Shown here piece after piece: positions 51,220 through 64,000 of a stretch of DNA of 64,000 nucleotides. The DNA lies in assembly GCA_951406725.2 (NCBI GenBank), contig OX597829.1, positions 12,710,001 through 12,774,000 on the forward strand. The letters run 5' to 3'. Below the pieces are notes generated by a model that was given only the letters and a program-made list of their open reading frames with translations, searched no databases and was not told the origin of the DNA. Each line of letters starts with the position of its first letter. Position 1 is the stretch's first letter. The stretch is from Octopus vulgaris. Its lineage: Eukaryota. Both the position numbers and the translations under genes were made by a program.

Positions 51220-54200
51220 CGGACGTGCTGTCACTTCGGCTCCGAAGGTTATTATTTATTTTGACTATTTATAGCCCATATTTTGTGTACACCTTTGTAA
51301 ATAGGGTGTGTAAGGCACCTAACTTTCGTTTGAGTGCTTTTCCAAGGGAGGAATTCGCCCCTAGGGGCAGTTTCAACCCTATTTAATTTGTGTAATTTTC
51401 TTCTCGACATTAAAAAATGTCGAGAAATTTTATTGTAGGACGCTGGTCGCGTTCCTTTATGGACCAGCATTTTCCTAGTCTGGAAACGCTGGAGAATAAA
51501 AGAACTTATGCACGCAAAGTGCAAACCTGAATGACGTGGTAGTGAACGCTGTAACCACTTGCGGTAACAGCCCTGTTACCACCACCACCACCACCACCAC
51601 GAACAACAACAACAACAACGAGACTACTACTGCTACCACCACCACCTCCACCACCACAACCACCACCACTACCACCACGACCAACATAAATGATAAAAAT
51701 GAAACTCACGCGAATACTATTAAGAAAAACAACAACAATAAAAATGAACTATCTAATAGTGAAGATGTTAATATAAAAAAATCAACAACACCAGTAAATT
51801 TCGCTGACACTCTGCGTCAGAAAAAAGAAATAGTAACATTTACAAATGAAGAGCTCATAGAAACTAGAGCTCTCTTTACAACCCAAAGGCAAGATTTAGT
51901 GCTGCATACACCTCAACACATAAAGGAACAAATAGAAAATAAGACAATTATATATAAAATTATAAGAAAAAACAAAAAACAAAATGAACAGATTACAAAA
52001 ACGGATAGAAAAAAATGTTTAAAAAACATAATGAAAAAAAAGAATATATAAACTGGGGTCCCCAGTTTAACACAGTAGTGGTCCGCTTCCCTAACCAGGA
52101 AGTGGCAAAAGCTCACTCTACCGAGTCTTTGGAAAATGATGATATCAAAATGGTACCTTATTACAAAGACCAGAGAGTGAGTAGAATTACTATTAAAAAT
52201 GTACCCCCCGAGATCCCGAACAAATGGATAACAGGGGCAATCTGTTACCATTAGAAGAAGATAAATATTTTAGAAACCGCCGTGTACCTAAACAACAATT
52301 GGGGTGGAAAAACAATAGTAGTGACCATCCAGATTGAGGGGCCTCTATCGAGAACCAACCCCATAGGATTCATTTAGAAAATGGGCAAAGCCTATATGTT
52401 GTGGCAGAAGGCAAAAATCTAGATGCTACAACTGTGGCAGCCCAGAGCATTTAATTGACAAGTGCGCTCTGGCACAGAAAAAACAAGAAAGAACAAATCA
52501 GAAAACAAAAAAAAAAAACCCTTGTTGCCAACACCAACACCAACACACTCAATTATGGAACAATGCGAAGAAAAACAACAAACCAGCAAAGAAACCCCAA
52601 CAACATCACCAAGAAAAGAAACAGTACCAACACAATCACCGTTGATGTCGGAACCAATTAAAGATACTGAACCAACACCAAAAGGTAGACCAACACCAGC
52701 ACCAAGGACGACAACTAAAAAAACAGAAAACAGTGACGAGAAGACAAATTCTACCCCTAACACCACAACAACACAAACACCGCACAAAACATCAACAATT
52801 TCTACAAATATACATATTAACGGAAATGCTTTGCCTTTACCCCTTTCTGATTCGTCGGACGACGAAAGTTCGACGGCATGGCAAATAGCCACAGGGGGTA
52901 AAAGGAAAAGATCAAAAAGGCCCACCAAACAAGTAAGTAAAGCAGGGAGATATTTAATTCCGGACAGCATCCCCTTAGACAATCAAAAAATCAATGACCC
53001 CGCAAAACCATACACACAACTAACTGCAATAGACACAGACAATAAAAAATTAATGGATTACATTACATCCAACACGGACATCTGTGAAGATGACTTTAAG
53101 ACAAACAATCATCCGCGCACCACACCACCGAAGCACATAAAAATTGTACACATAACACAAACACAACACAATACACTGAAAACAATATTTCCAAATGCGG
53201 TAGGCGGGTTTCAACGTTACCTCTCCAAAAAACTATACAAACACCTCATCAAATACACTACAAAAGAAGAAGAAAAAAATGAAACTTTCGAAATGAGTAA
53301 GTGACCTTCCCTCTTGCCTCTTGTCTCTTCCAATATAGTGCGTGAAACACAATTTTCGTAAACGTCAATTATGCTTAAATTAGGTTGTGTGAATGCGCGT
53401 GGGAGCGCAACCAACGTGCTGGCTGCGAGGATGGCCCTCGACCAACACCTCAACGCCAAGCACTGCTGGTGGTTCGCCCTGAAAATGGCAATAAAATCGG
53501 AATCAGCAATAGATCGAAATAGAGTAGAGGGTGACCTAGAAGAGGCACTTACCACTGGCAGCGCAACCAACGTGCTGGCTGCGAGGATGGCCTTCGACCA
53601 ACACCTCAACGCCAAGCACGAAGGTTGCGTCGTCAGAGCTAAAATGCGTGCCCTAAGGAACGAAGGGATCGAAGCTGCGCGAGAGGCCCGGGTAGCGGAG
53701 GCGCAACGTGGCAACAGAACCACCATTCGGTCTCTAATAGATCAACAGGGATGCAGTTTAGTCGAAACTGAAAGGATGTGTGAAGCCTTTCAACAGCACT
53801 TTGCTCGACTCTTTGGTGTGAGTGGTGGGTCGGAACGCGGGATGGATTTCAGTGCCTACCTGACCGATCTGCCGCGGCTCTCGGCAAGGGAAGCGGAGTG
53901 TTGTGAAAGTCCCATCACAGCCGCTGACGTGTGGGATGCGATGGCGGGCTGCGCGAGGGATAAGTCGCCTGGATTGGATGGTTTACCCTACGAGCTGTAT
54001 TGTCGAATGCCAGACTTGTTTGGCGACCTCTTGGCATCGGTCTAATGCAATTGGCAACAAAACGGGAGAATCCCCGGTTTCGTGAGCCGAGGTGCAGTGA
54101 CGTTGCTGAAGAAAGACCCAAACAAGGGGAATTTTATAGATAATTTCAGGCCCATCACTCTGCTCAACGCAGATTTGAAAATTTTGGCCAAAGTAATAGC

Positions 54201-56291
54201 CGAGAGGTTGGCGCTTGTCATTGGTAAACTGGTCGACAGGGCGCAAACATGCGCCGTACCGGGCAGAACCATACATGACAACCTCCATCTGATGCGCTAC
54301 ATTGTGCACAGGGTAGTTAAGGATCCTGGCATGGGAGGGGCGCTGATCAATTTGGATCAGTCTAAAGCCTTCGATAGGGTCGACCATCGGTACTTGGCGG
54401 CCGACCTCAGGGCGGCTGGCTTCGGTCCCGTCTTCCACGTTGGATCACTGCCTTGTATAGCGGCATCCGATCGGTGATTCGGGTGAACGGTCACCTGTTG
54501 AAACCGTTTGACATCACGCGTTCGGTCCGTCAGGGGTGTCCCCTGTCGGTGCTTCTGCGGAAGCTGGCGACACTGAGGGACATCCCACGAGAACTGGGTT
54601 GCGGGACGAGCGTGTCGGCAAATGCGGACGATGTCACCGTCATAGTGTCGAGCGAAAAACACATCCAGATGATAGGCGAGACACTAAGAAAATACGAAAC
54701 GGTGACGGGAGCGAAGATTAACCCGGAAAAGTCAGTAGGTTTGCTACTCGGCACCTGGAGAAGCAAGCCCATGCCGTCTGACTGCGGCTCAGTAGTGGGA
54801 CGCTTGACGGACGGACCGGTTAAATTGCTCGGGGTCTGGTTCAGTCCGGACCTCCAAATGGATAAGAACTGGGACGAGATCACGAGTAGAGTGGTCGCAC
54901 TCAGCCAAACATGGGCCGAGAGAAAGCTGTCTCTAAAAGGTCGGGTGGAGGTGGCGAACGCGTACATCGCATCCGTCATCGATTACCGCCTGACCGTCGT
55001 GCCTTGTCCCGACGCCACCATTACCAAACTGGAACGCATACTCTTCCGCTTCCTGTGGAAGGGTGGCGTTCCGATGGTGAGGAAATCCATTTGCTGTCAA
55101 CATCCGTTGAATGGAGGAGTGGGCATGCCGTGGTTGATGATGCGCAGGCATGCGCTGAGACTGCGACATCTCTGGAATTTCTTCGATGACGGCGAACAGG
55201 TGTGGGCGCCGTTTGTGAGGCGCGCCTTCCCGCAGCTCGTCTCACTGACCGAACTGCAAACGTGGATCAAAAAGAGACCGAAACTGGGCGATTGGCACCG
55301 AGAGTGTCGCCAAGCTCTACAGCAGCTCTGCCGACCGGGGTCAAACTTGTGCAACTTACAAACGACTAAAGCGTTCTATAGAGGACTAGTGGAGGGGAGG
55401 TCCGACGACACACTCGGGGCAAACCTGGGCGTCGACGAGAAATTCCTAACCCGCCTGTTCAGGACGACGTTCGGGCCGGAGCCTATGGATAACTTCCCTG
55501 GATCCCTGGTTTAGCAATGCTATCGAGACCTGTTCGAAAGAAGAGCTACAGTCGCGGTTCGAAAACCATCACCGGACCGACCTGCCCGTGATGCGGTCAG
55601 GATGATGAAACTGTTCTGCACGCACTCGTGCAGTGTCCAGATATTTCACAGCTGTGGACCTTCTTCGAACAGCTGTTGTCACGTGTTGGACGGGCCTCCT
55701 TATCGGCCGAGTCTATCGTGAATATTGTTCCACCACCTTTCTTTAAACGGGAAGGGAAAACGGTTTTCGTTACGTTGATGGCTATGGCGAAAGAATGTGT
55801 GTGGTGGACGCGTTTGAAAGGACTGCAAACAAACACCTTCCTCTCTGGTCAGTCTCTCGTCAACTTTTTCAAGTACCACTTGAAAAGGAGGATGAGAATA
55901 GACAGGAAGGCTTTGTCGAACGAATGTTTTAATAAAAGGTGGGTAAAAGTGGCAAAAATGGTCAGTATGAAAGACGACACTATTTTAAGCGTAAATCTGT
56001 AACAAAAAGAGACAACGAGAAGTAAGGTGACTTACTCATGTGTTCATTTTCGAACTGTCTGAGGTGACCTTGATCTTTTTTGTAGGTTTTTCTTTCCAAA
56101 GCTACACCTAAACTGTGAACCTTATATATATATATATATTGCTTTTTTATACACCACACAACCCACAGATCCCTATTGATCAAACGTTTTTTCTTGTGCC
56201 CCCACCCATCCCACCTCGAAAAGAAAAAATTCTACATTGTATTTCGTACATTTTTATTCTGTGTTTAGCCCTGTGTGGCTACAATAAAAAG

Positions 56292-56292
<1 letters not shown>
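51220..56292 (+). mobile_element. Tx1/L1-like LINE with both termini: broken ORF1 (51536-53304) and ORF2 (53371-56002, APE deleted), in (ATCT)n
   Basis: KSPGLDGLPYE, NFRPITLLNAD, LDQSKAFDRVDH, VRQGCPLS, ANADD, C-terminal CCHC. AATAAA then (ATCT)n. Confidence 0.9.
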
Positions 56293-56387
<95 letters not shown>

Positions 56388-56410
56388 ATATCTATCTATC
56401 TATCTATCTA

Positions 56411-59299
56411 GGTAAAGCAAAGCACTTGCCATAGATAGAAATAGAGTTGAGGGTGAGCTAGTTAAGAAGCTAGAGGAGGCAATTAGAAGCGGCATCGCAT
56501 CCGACGTTTTGGCGGCGAGGTTGGCCCTCGACCAACACTTCAACGCCAAACACGAAGGATGTGTTGTCAGAGCTAGGATGCGTGCTCTACGGAACGAAGG
56601 TGTTGGAGCCACGAGAGAGGCCCGGGTGGCAGAGGCGCAACAGGGCAACAAAGCCACCATTCGGTCCCTGGTAGATGAAGAGGGGCGCGAATTGCTCGAG
56701 CCAAATAAAATGTGTGAGGCCTTTCAACAGCATTTTGCCCGACTGTTCAGGACGAGTGGAGGGCAAGAACGTAGGGTGGACTTCAGTGCCTACCTACATA
56801 GCCTACCACGACTCTCGACAAGAGAGGCAGGGTGCTGCGAAGGTGCCATCACGGCGGCGGAATTGCAGGACGCGATGGCAGAATGCTCGAGGGACAAATC
56901 ACCGGGTTTGGATGGTCTACCCAACGATAACTTTAGACCCATCTATAGATAACTTTAGGCCCATCACTCTGCTTAATGCAGACTTGAAAATTTTGGCCAA
57001 GGTGCTAGCCAAGATGTTGGCGCTTGTCATCGAGAAACTGGTCGACAAGGCGCAAACATGCGCCGTGCCGGGCCGGACCATCCATGACAACCTACACCTG
57101 ATGCGCTACATCATAGACAGGGTAGTTAACGAACCTGGCATGGGTGGGGCGCTGATCAATTTGGATCAATCGAAAGCTTTCGATAGGTTGGACCATCGAT
57201 ACTTGGAGGCAGTCCTCAGAGCGGCTGGCTTCGGTCCCGTCTTCCTCGGCTGGATAGCCGCTTTGTACAGAGGCATCCGTTCGGTAATTCGCGTAAATGG
57301 ACATCTATCGAGACCCTTCGACATCGCACGTTCGGTCCGTCAGGGATGCCCCCTCTCGTCGCTTCTATACGTATTGACTCCCGAGCCATTATTGCGGAAG
57401 CTGGCAACTTTGAGGGGCTTCCCGCGAGAACTGGGATGCGGGACGTGCGTGTCTGCATACGCGGACGACGTCACCGTCATAGTGTCTAGCCACGAGCACA
57501 TCGAGCAGCTCGGCGAGACACTGAAAAACTACGAAGCGGTGATAGGAGCGAAAATCAACCGGGAAAAGTCAGTGGGCTTGCGACTAGGCACCTGGAGAAG
57601 CAAGCCCATGCCGTCCACCAGCGCCTCCGTCGTGGGACGCTGGACCGACGGCCCGGTTGAGTTGCTCGGGGTCTGGTTTGGTCCGGACCTCCAAGTGGAG
57701 AAGAACTGGAACGAGATAACGAGTAGGGTGGTCACTCTCGCCCGGCAATGGGCCGAGAAGAAACTCCCTAAAAGGTCGGGCGGAGGTGGCGAACATGTAC
57801 ATCGCGTCCGTCATCTACTACCGCCTGACCGTCGTACCTTGTCCCGACCCTACCATCACCAAACTAGAACGCATTCTCTTTCGCTTGTTGTGGAAAGGAT
57901 GCGTCCCGATGGTCAGGTGATCCATTTGCTGTCAACATCCGTTAAAAGGAGGACTGGGCATGCCGTGGTTGATAATGCGCAGACACGCGCTGAGACTGCG
58001 ACATCTCAGGCTCTTCGTAGACGACGGTGAACAGGTGTGGTCGCCGTTTGTGAGGCACGCTTTCCCGCAGCTCGTCTACATGACCGAACTGCAGTCGTGG
58101 ATCAAAAAGAGGCCGAGGAAGGGCGAATGGCACCGCGAGTGTCGCGTTGCTCTCAAGCAACTCTGCCGTCCTGGGTCGACCTTGAGTGACTTCATCACAA
58201 CCAAAGCATTCTATAGGGGATTAGTGTAGGGGAGGTACGACGATGAGCTCGGGGCGAACCTAGATGTCGACGAGGAGTACCTGACCCGCCTGTTCGGGAT
58301 GACTTTCGGGCCAGGGCCCATGGACAACTTCCAGAGATCCCTGGCCTGGCAGTGCTACAGAGAAGCGCTACCCGTTCGGGATAAGCTCTACAGACACGGC
58401 TCGAGAAACATGGGGCCGACCTGCCCGAGATGCGGTCAGAGCGACGAAACCGTTCTGCACGAACTCGTGCAGTGTCCAACAATTTCCGACCTGTGGGTTT
58501 ATGTCGAACAACTGCTGTCACGTTTGGAACGAGTTGGTTTATCAGCTGAGTCTATCGTCAATATTGTCACGCCTCCTTCCTTCAAACAGGAAGGAAGAGC
58601 TATTTTCATCATCCTTGTGGCTATGGCGAAAGAATGTATCTGGTGGACGCGTCTGAAAGGATTGGAGACAAACACTTTCCTCTCTGGTCAATCTCTCATC
58701 AACTTCTTCAAGTACCACTTGAAAAGGAAAGTGAGAGTAGAGAGGCAAGTTTTGTCTAGCGAATGTTTTAAAAAAGATGGGTGAATGTAGCAATGATGGC
58801 ACGTATGAATGACGAAGCCACCTTGAGCATAATCCTATGAACCCAGAAATTGAAAACAGAGCGTTACCCACTTGCAAAAGATGTGGTAACATATAACAAC
58901 ATTGACCAAGGTTACCGTGGTCTTTTTCGTAGGCTTTTCTTCCCACGGATAAACCTTACTTGCTTTCCCCTTTACACCATATATCATAACACTGTGATAC
59001 ACGATCCCTATTGATCGTTTTTTTTTCCTTTTCCCCTTTTTTTCCTCTTTTTTCTTCCTTTTCTATTTTCTTTTCCTTTTTTTCTTTTTTTCCCATTTTA
59101 CGTTCCCTTTTGTTCCTTTTCCTTTTCTTCTTATTTTATTTTATTTTTTATTTTTTTTTGTTCTTTTCTTCCTCTTGATCGGAAACCTACGCCACCCCTT
59201 TTTGTTGTTTCTTTTGTTTTTTTTTCATCCCCCTAAAGAAAAGCTCTACCTTGTAACTTGTCCCATCTGTGTGCAGCCCTGTGTGGCCAATAAAGAAAC
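56411..59299 (+). mobile_element. 5'-truncated Tx1/L1-like LINE (sister subfamily) in (ATCT)n
   Basis: Same RT motifs with YADD and CPRCGQSDETVLHELVQC. T-rich 3' UTR, AATAAA, (ATCT)n on both sides. Confidence 0.9.
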
Positions 59300-59336
59300 A
59301 TCTATCTATCTATCTACATGTCTGTCTGTCTGTCTT

Positions 59337-59409
<73 letters not shown>

Positions 59410-59486
59410 ATGTCTGTCTGTCTGTCTATCTATATATCTATCTATCTATCTACATGTCTCTCTGTCTGTCTTTCTGTCTGTCTGCA

Positions 59487-59580
<94 letters not shown>

Positions 59581-59620
59581 CGTGTCTGTCTGCCTGTCTG
59601 TCTGTCTGTCTTTCTGTCTG

Positions 59621-59663
<43 letters not shown>

Positions 59664-59819
59664 ATCTATCTATCTATCTATCTTTTTCTTCAGTCCCGTT
59701 GAACTTCCTAACCTCTCCTTCAAACGGTGTTATCCTGTTGGTTTTCTATACTATACAATTTTTATATATACAAGCACATACATCCATACATACACTCGTT
59801 TTTGTGTAGTCTATCGTCA

Positions 59820-60390
59820 GCTCTGAACAAACATTTCGATAGCGTGCAGACAACCGATCAAGGCGCGACTCACAGCTCCATATCCTGAAGTATGTCTTCA
59901 TTTATCTGGAGATTGAACTCCAAACACTGACATGCCGTTGTTAATCAATAGATTTCATTCCAGTGCCTGCGATGAAGTTGTCGATGTAAGTGTGCCGACT
60001 TTTCCCTCTTCTTACATCCCCATGACGTGGGGATGCTTTCAAGACTAATATGGATGCTTTCAGGTTAAGGTGCCTGATCTTCTCGCTAACTTTCAGCAGG
60101 TCACCATAAACGCATTTATATGTCATATGTTGCTAACATTTCATATTGGTAGTATCCTTGTGTAACATCGATTTTGCCAGTTTGATAATTTCTTTGTCAG
60201 TGTCCATATAAGAGAACTGATTCGACAGTTGCAATGAAAAACTTTTGATTCACCTGGGCAATTTGGGGTTTCAGGCCTCCTTCAGTTTGTGACAGGGTGT
60301 CATTGCCTGTGCCTTCCCGATCTTGATGTCTGCTCCCAAACTGCTCAGGTTTTTTAAAGGAGATTTTTCATGTATTTTGGCGGACCAAGA
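59820..60390 (-). mobile_element. Old LINE 3' fragment (RTE-like)
   Basis: Minus ORF ...PRHGDVRRGKSRHTYID resembles the RTE C-terminal G-R-P-x-x-T-Y-I-D pattern. Confidence 0.5.
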
Positions 60391-60649
60391 GGATAAGAGT
60401 TTGCAGTGATAATAAATTATACCCCTCTCATAGCCAGTTTTTCATTTTAAATTGTTTGCATTTTGTTGTGTTGATAGCCTGCGGCTACAGTCTGCGTACA
60501 CCTTATGGTGATGTGTAATGTGAGGGTTTTTGATCTTTGTGACGTATTTCGTCTGTAGTAGAGAGATTCAGGATTGAGTTAGGACTAGAATTATTCCTGA
60601 TAGATCTGATTTATTGTTTGCGTATCATTGTTGTTGTTCTGTGTATGCG

Positions 60650-61040
60650 TGTTTCTCTACGATGGACAGGCCACCTGTAAACAAGTATTGTCAACTTGCC
60701 TCCTCTCTCCTTAAGGCTACGTATTCCTCACACCTACCTTTCTTTCCCTTCCTCGCTATTTCTAAAAGTTACTTGTGTGCATGTGCACGTGTATGTGTAT
60801 GTATCTGTGTGCATTGTGTGTGTGCGTGTGTGTGTGTGATGTATTTTTGAAAGTATGTATGCTGCGTCGCGTGTGTATTCCTGAATGACAGCTGTATTAA
60901 AGTTATCATTCCAATGCCACTCCATATTTGTCGCTTACACAACTTTGTTCTCCATTCCTTGATATCAGCCATACCCACTATGCCACCACATTTTTACCTC
61001 ACACTGACACTCTTGTTCCCTTCTCAATTTATTAAATATT
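60650..61040. repeat. Unclassified repeat, copy of 7590-7960
   Basis: Colinear similarity. Confidence 0.7.
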
Positions 61041-61851
61041 AGCCCAGCCGAGTAAAATAAATGGGTTCACCGGTAATACCGGAAAGCGTCCCCAATTATT
61101 GGGGGTCTCATGGGTTTATATTGAAATTGTATTTCAATATAAACCTATTATAATTCAACTGGATATTAGTTTAACATATATGCAAAGTATTGTCAAGATT
61201 GTTTCAATAGTGTAGATAGCAAGATGGTAAAAGACGGACAGATAGAATTAGACATTTATGTATTAGACATAAATATATTTATATAGGTATGTTGATGCGA
61301 ACAGAAGAAATACAACACATACTATGAGTATATATATATTCTTATTAATATTTACCATAAGCAACAGGGTGACTCAAGATCCAAGAGTTTCGTGCGCTTG
61401 ATAATGGCCAAAGCACGAACTCTCGGACCTTGAGTTACTTCTGCTAAATATTAATATATCTACATGCTTATATAATGTATGTATATGTATATGTACAGGT
61501 CTCATTCTTCATTCTTTCTGGTTTTCTCTACAACCCTCCCCTTTTTCTCTCCCTTTCTCTTACTCCTCCTCCCCCTCCCTCTCGTCGCTGAGCCGCTACT
61601 ACCTTTCTGACCTGGCTTCCTTCAAGTATGGACGGCTTTCCCTGTCTCTCTAGCCATTTTCAAAGCGTTCAAAATATTTTTTCTTTCGTTCTGGCTTGAC
61701 AGCCCTCCATGTTCGTACTACTGTTATTCTCCTAGTCCTGTCTTTTACTGTTTATATTTTGTACTGTCTTTACTGTCCTGTTTTTGTTACTATTTTTACC
61801 CCTCCGCAAAAAAAATCTCAAATTTTATTTAATTTGCTTTTGTGGGAAGGA

Positions 61852-61930
61852 CTGTTTCAACGAAGTCGTCTCTCGCCTTTACCTTCGAAACACGGAGTAG
61901 ATGAAATAGAGGTGGCTGAAAAAGGGGAAA
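61852..61930 (+). ncRNA. Non-circularly permuted hammerhead-like motif, copy E (G8 lost), within carrier repeat ~61480-62150
   Basis: tcgtc-TC-tcgcct-ttaccttc-GAAA-cacgg-agtag-atgaaatag-aggtgg-CTGAAAA-ag-ggg. Confidence 0.55.
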
Positions 61931-62154
61931 GGTCCTTGTGTTGTATGTCTTGTACGCTATTTTTTCGTTGTTTAAGAAAAATGTCCATTTCCTCGGTTTT
62001 GTGTTTATGTTTTCGTTTCTCATTATGTTCGACGTTTTTTGGTGTCCTGTACCCATATATGCATGTGTATATACATATAGATGTAGATACGTACATATAT
62101 GTATGTATATATGCATATGTTTTATTTATTAATTTGTTATTATATATATATATA

Positions 62155-62290
62155 TAATAATATTAGGGAATAAATCCAAACTTACAGGGAAAAATTAGAT
62201 TTAGGATTAAATCCAATTTTATAATATAAATATATTATATATTATATTAAATTAGAGGTAAAACCACTATTAGGCAAATCAAACAGTGAA
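62155..62290 (-). mobile_element. PLE 3' tail fragment
   Basis: Reverse complement similar to 3865-3980, abutting (TA)n. Confidence 0.7.
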
Positions 62291-62519
62291 AAACATAAGC
62301 CGATTCATAAAATTAATTTAAAAATATAAAAGTTAAAAATAAAAAATTATTTAAATAATTTAAACTTGTAAATTTTATATATATATATATACAAATATAT
62401 ATATATATATGTATGTATGTATATTTTTATATTTATATATTATTTTATTTATTAATTAATTAATTAATTTTTTTTTAATATCAAAAGTATTATAAGTTTA
62501 ATAAAAGATAAAGATAATA

Positions 62520-63031
62520 TCTATATATATAAAACTGTAGTTGTGTGAGTGTCTGTCCCCTTCGATTTAGATTCCTAACTACTCCCACATTTTGCGGTGC
62601 AGTTTAACCAAATTCGGGTATCTTATAGTCGTGATTCATATCGAGCCCGTCTGTGTATTAGCGCACGTCTACGATGAGTCTACGATTTTAAAAATAATTT
62701 AACATAATTTTTTATTCCATTTTAATGCATAATTTTTCGTGTGTCGATGGCGGCGGAGTTGGCGTCCATGGTCACACCTGCACCTGTTTGCTTCTCCCCT
62801 TCTTCCCTCCCTCGTGAAGCTGTGGGGAAGGGAGTGTAAGGAAATCAACGTCGTAAAGCGTTGTCAAGGAGACCAGCATTCTTTTAGAACAACGACTTCA
62901 TGGCTTGAAGACACCAAAACAGAAATGGCTAAGAAAGCCCGAATTGGCATCTATAAGGGAAGTAACTCTCTAAAAATGCTTATATAGTTATTTCTCTTAC
63001 AAACCCGAGCAACGCCGGGCGATACTGCTAG
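62520..63031 (+). mobile_element. 512-bp non-autonomous Helitron
   Basis: A|TCTATATATATAAAACTG start, cccg-agcaacgc-cggg hairpin, CTAG|T end. Confidence 0.88.
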
Positions 63032-63380
63032 TTATATATATATATGGACTAACGAGAAGATTATTAATAGAATCGTTGAACGACTCTCAAGATACCTACA
63101 TGCATATAAATGTACTTTCGCACAATGCAGTAAAAATGAATTTTGAGTAACCGTTAACATAATTGAATTTACTTTAAGGTGTGGAAGGCTTAAGTTTACT
63201 TTTAAATCCCCATTCATATAAAAACTAAATAGATAATAATATTTTTATATAAAAACAAGTGCTTGAAAACGTTGAGAAGTGAAAACTCCTCCCAAAGGTT
63301 AGCGTCTTTTGTCTTTCTAAAAGGCTCTTGTCTTAATCTTAACCCCTTGAGAAAAAATATTCTGTCCAATACATATACAG

Positions 63381-63427
<47 letters not shown>

Positions 63428-63526
63428 TAAATATTTTGGCAAATAAAATTTAAATGATGAAGTGAATACAACAGATTCTGTGTGTTTCTTAAATGGCTTA
63501 TAAGCACTTTCCACGCTGCAATTGCT

Positions 63527-63610
<84 letters not shown>

Positions 63611-63708
63611 AATGTGTATATATATAAATTATAATGGTTATTGACAAATTTTGTCTTTTTTTCGGCATATTTGGCATTAGAATTTTTCTTTTGCCCTTAT
63701 CTTGTAAA

Positions 63709-63749
<41 letters not shown>

Positions 63750-63766
63750 TATATGTCTGTGTGAGA

Positions 63767-63818
<52 letters not shown>

Positions 63819-63829
63819 CTTATGTGAAT

Positions 63830-64000
63830 GTGCATGACTCAGTGGTGAGAGCATCGAGCTTACAACTGTTAGGTTGTGAGTTCGAATCCCGGGCCGGTCT
63901 GCGTGTTGTGTTCTTGAGCAAGACACTTTATTTCCCGTTGCTCCAGTTCACTCAACTATAGAAATGAATTGCGGTATCACTGGTGCCAAGCTGTATCGGC
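63830..64000 (+). mobile_element. tRNA-derived SINE 5' part, running off the window
   Basis: A box TGACTCAGTGG, B box GAGTTCGAATCC, then cttgagcaagacacttta. Confidence 0.8.

Noticed and set aside
51536-53304. Mucin-like Thr-rich host protein
   Set aside because: Lies in the ORF1 position of the Tx1-like element and is frameshifted.
61369-61440. Isolated imperfect hairpin (pre-miRNA-like)
   Set aside because: Single copy with no other support. Likely a small inverted-repeat remnant.

Overview
Gene-free, AT-rich, microsatellite-dense eukaryotic repeat region. The SINE families look like those of octopus, which is an inference from recalled sequence and not a search. No host gene, rRNA, true tRNA or CRISPR array is supportable, and most track ORFs are microsatellite or repeat artefacts. 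The window is a nest of decayed elements: Tx1/L1-like, RTE, R4/Dong and Hero-like LINEs, a Penelope-like RT, mariners, Helitrons, tRNA-derived SINEs and a MITE. The unexplained signal is RNA structure. (1) A near-identical 360-bp tandem array (23726-29793, about 16.9 units, head-to-head inversion) carries a type I hammerhead ribozyme (HHR) in every unit, giving a retrozyme-like circular-RNA element inside a Helitron. (2) A dispersed repeat family (5 copies) contains all three HHR core strands in a non-circularly permuted order, with compensatory base changes between copies. (3) Several minimal Penelope-type HHRs lie in inverted or palindromic cassettes abutting (TA)n. All folds were derived by eye and none is tested.
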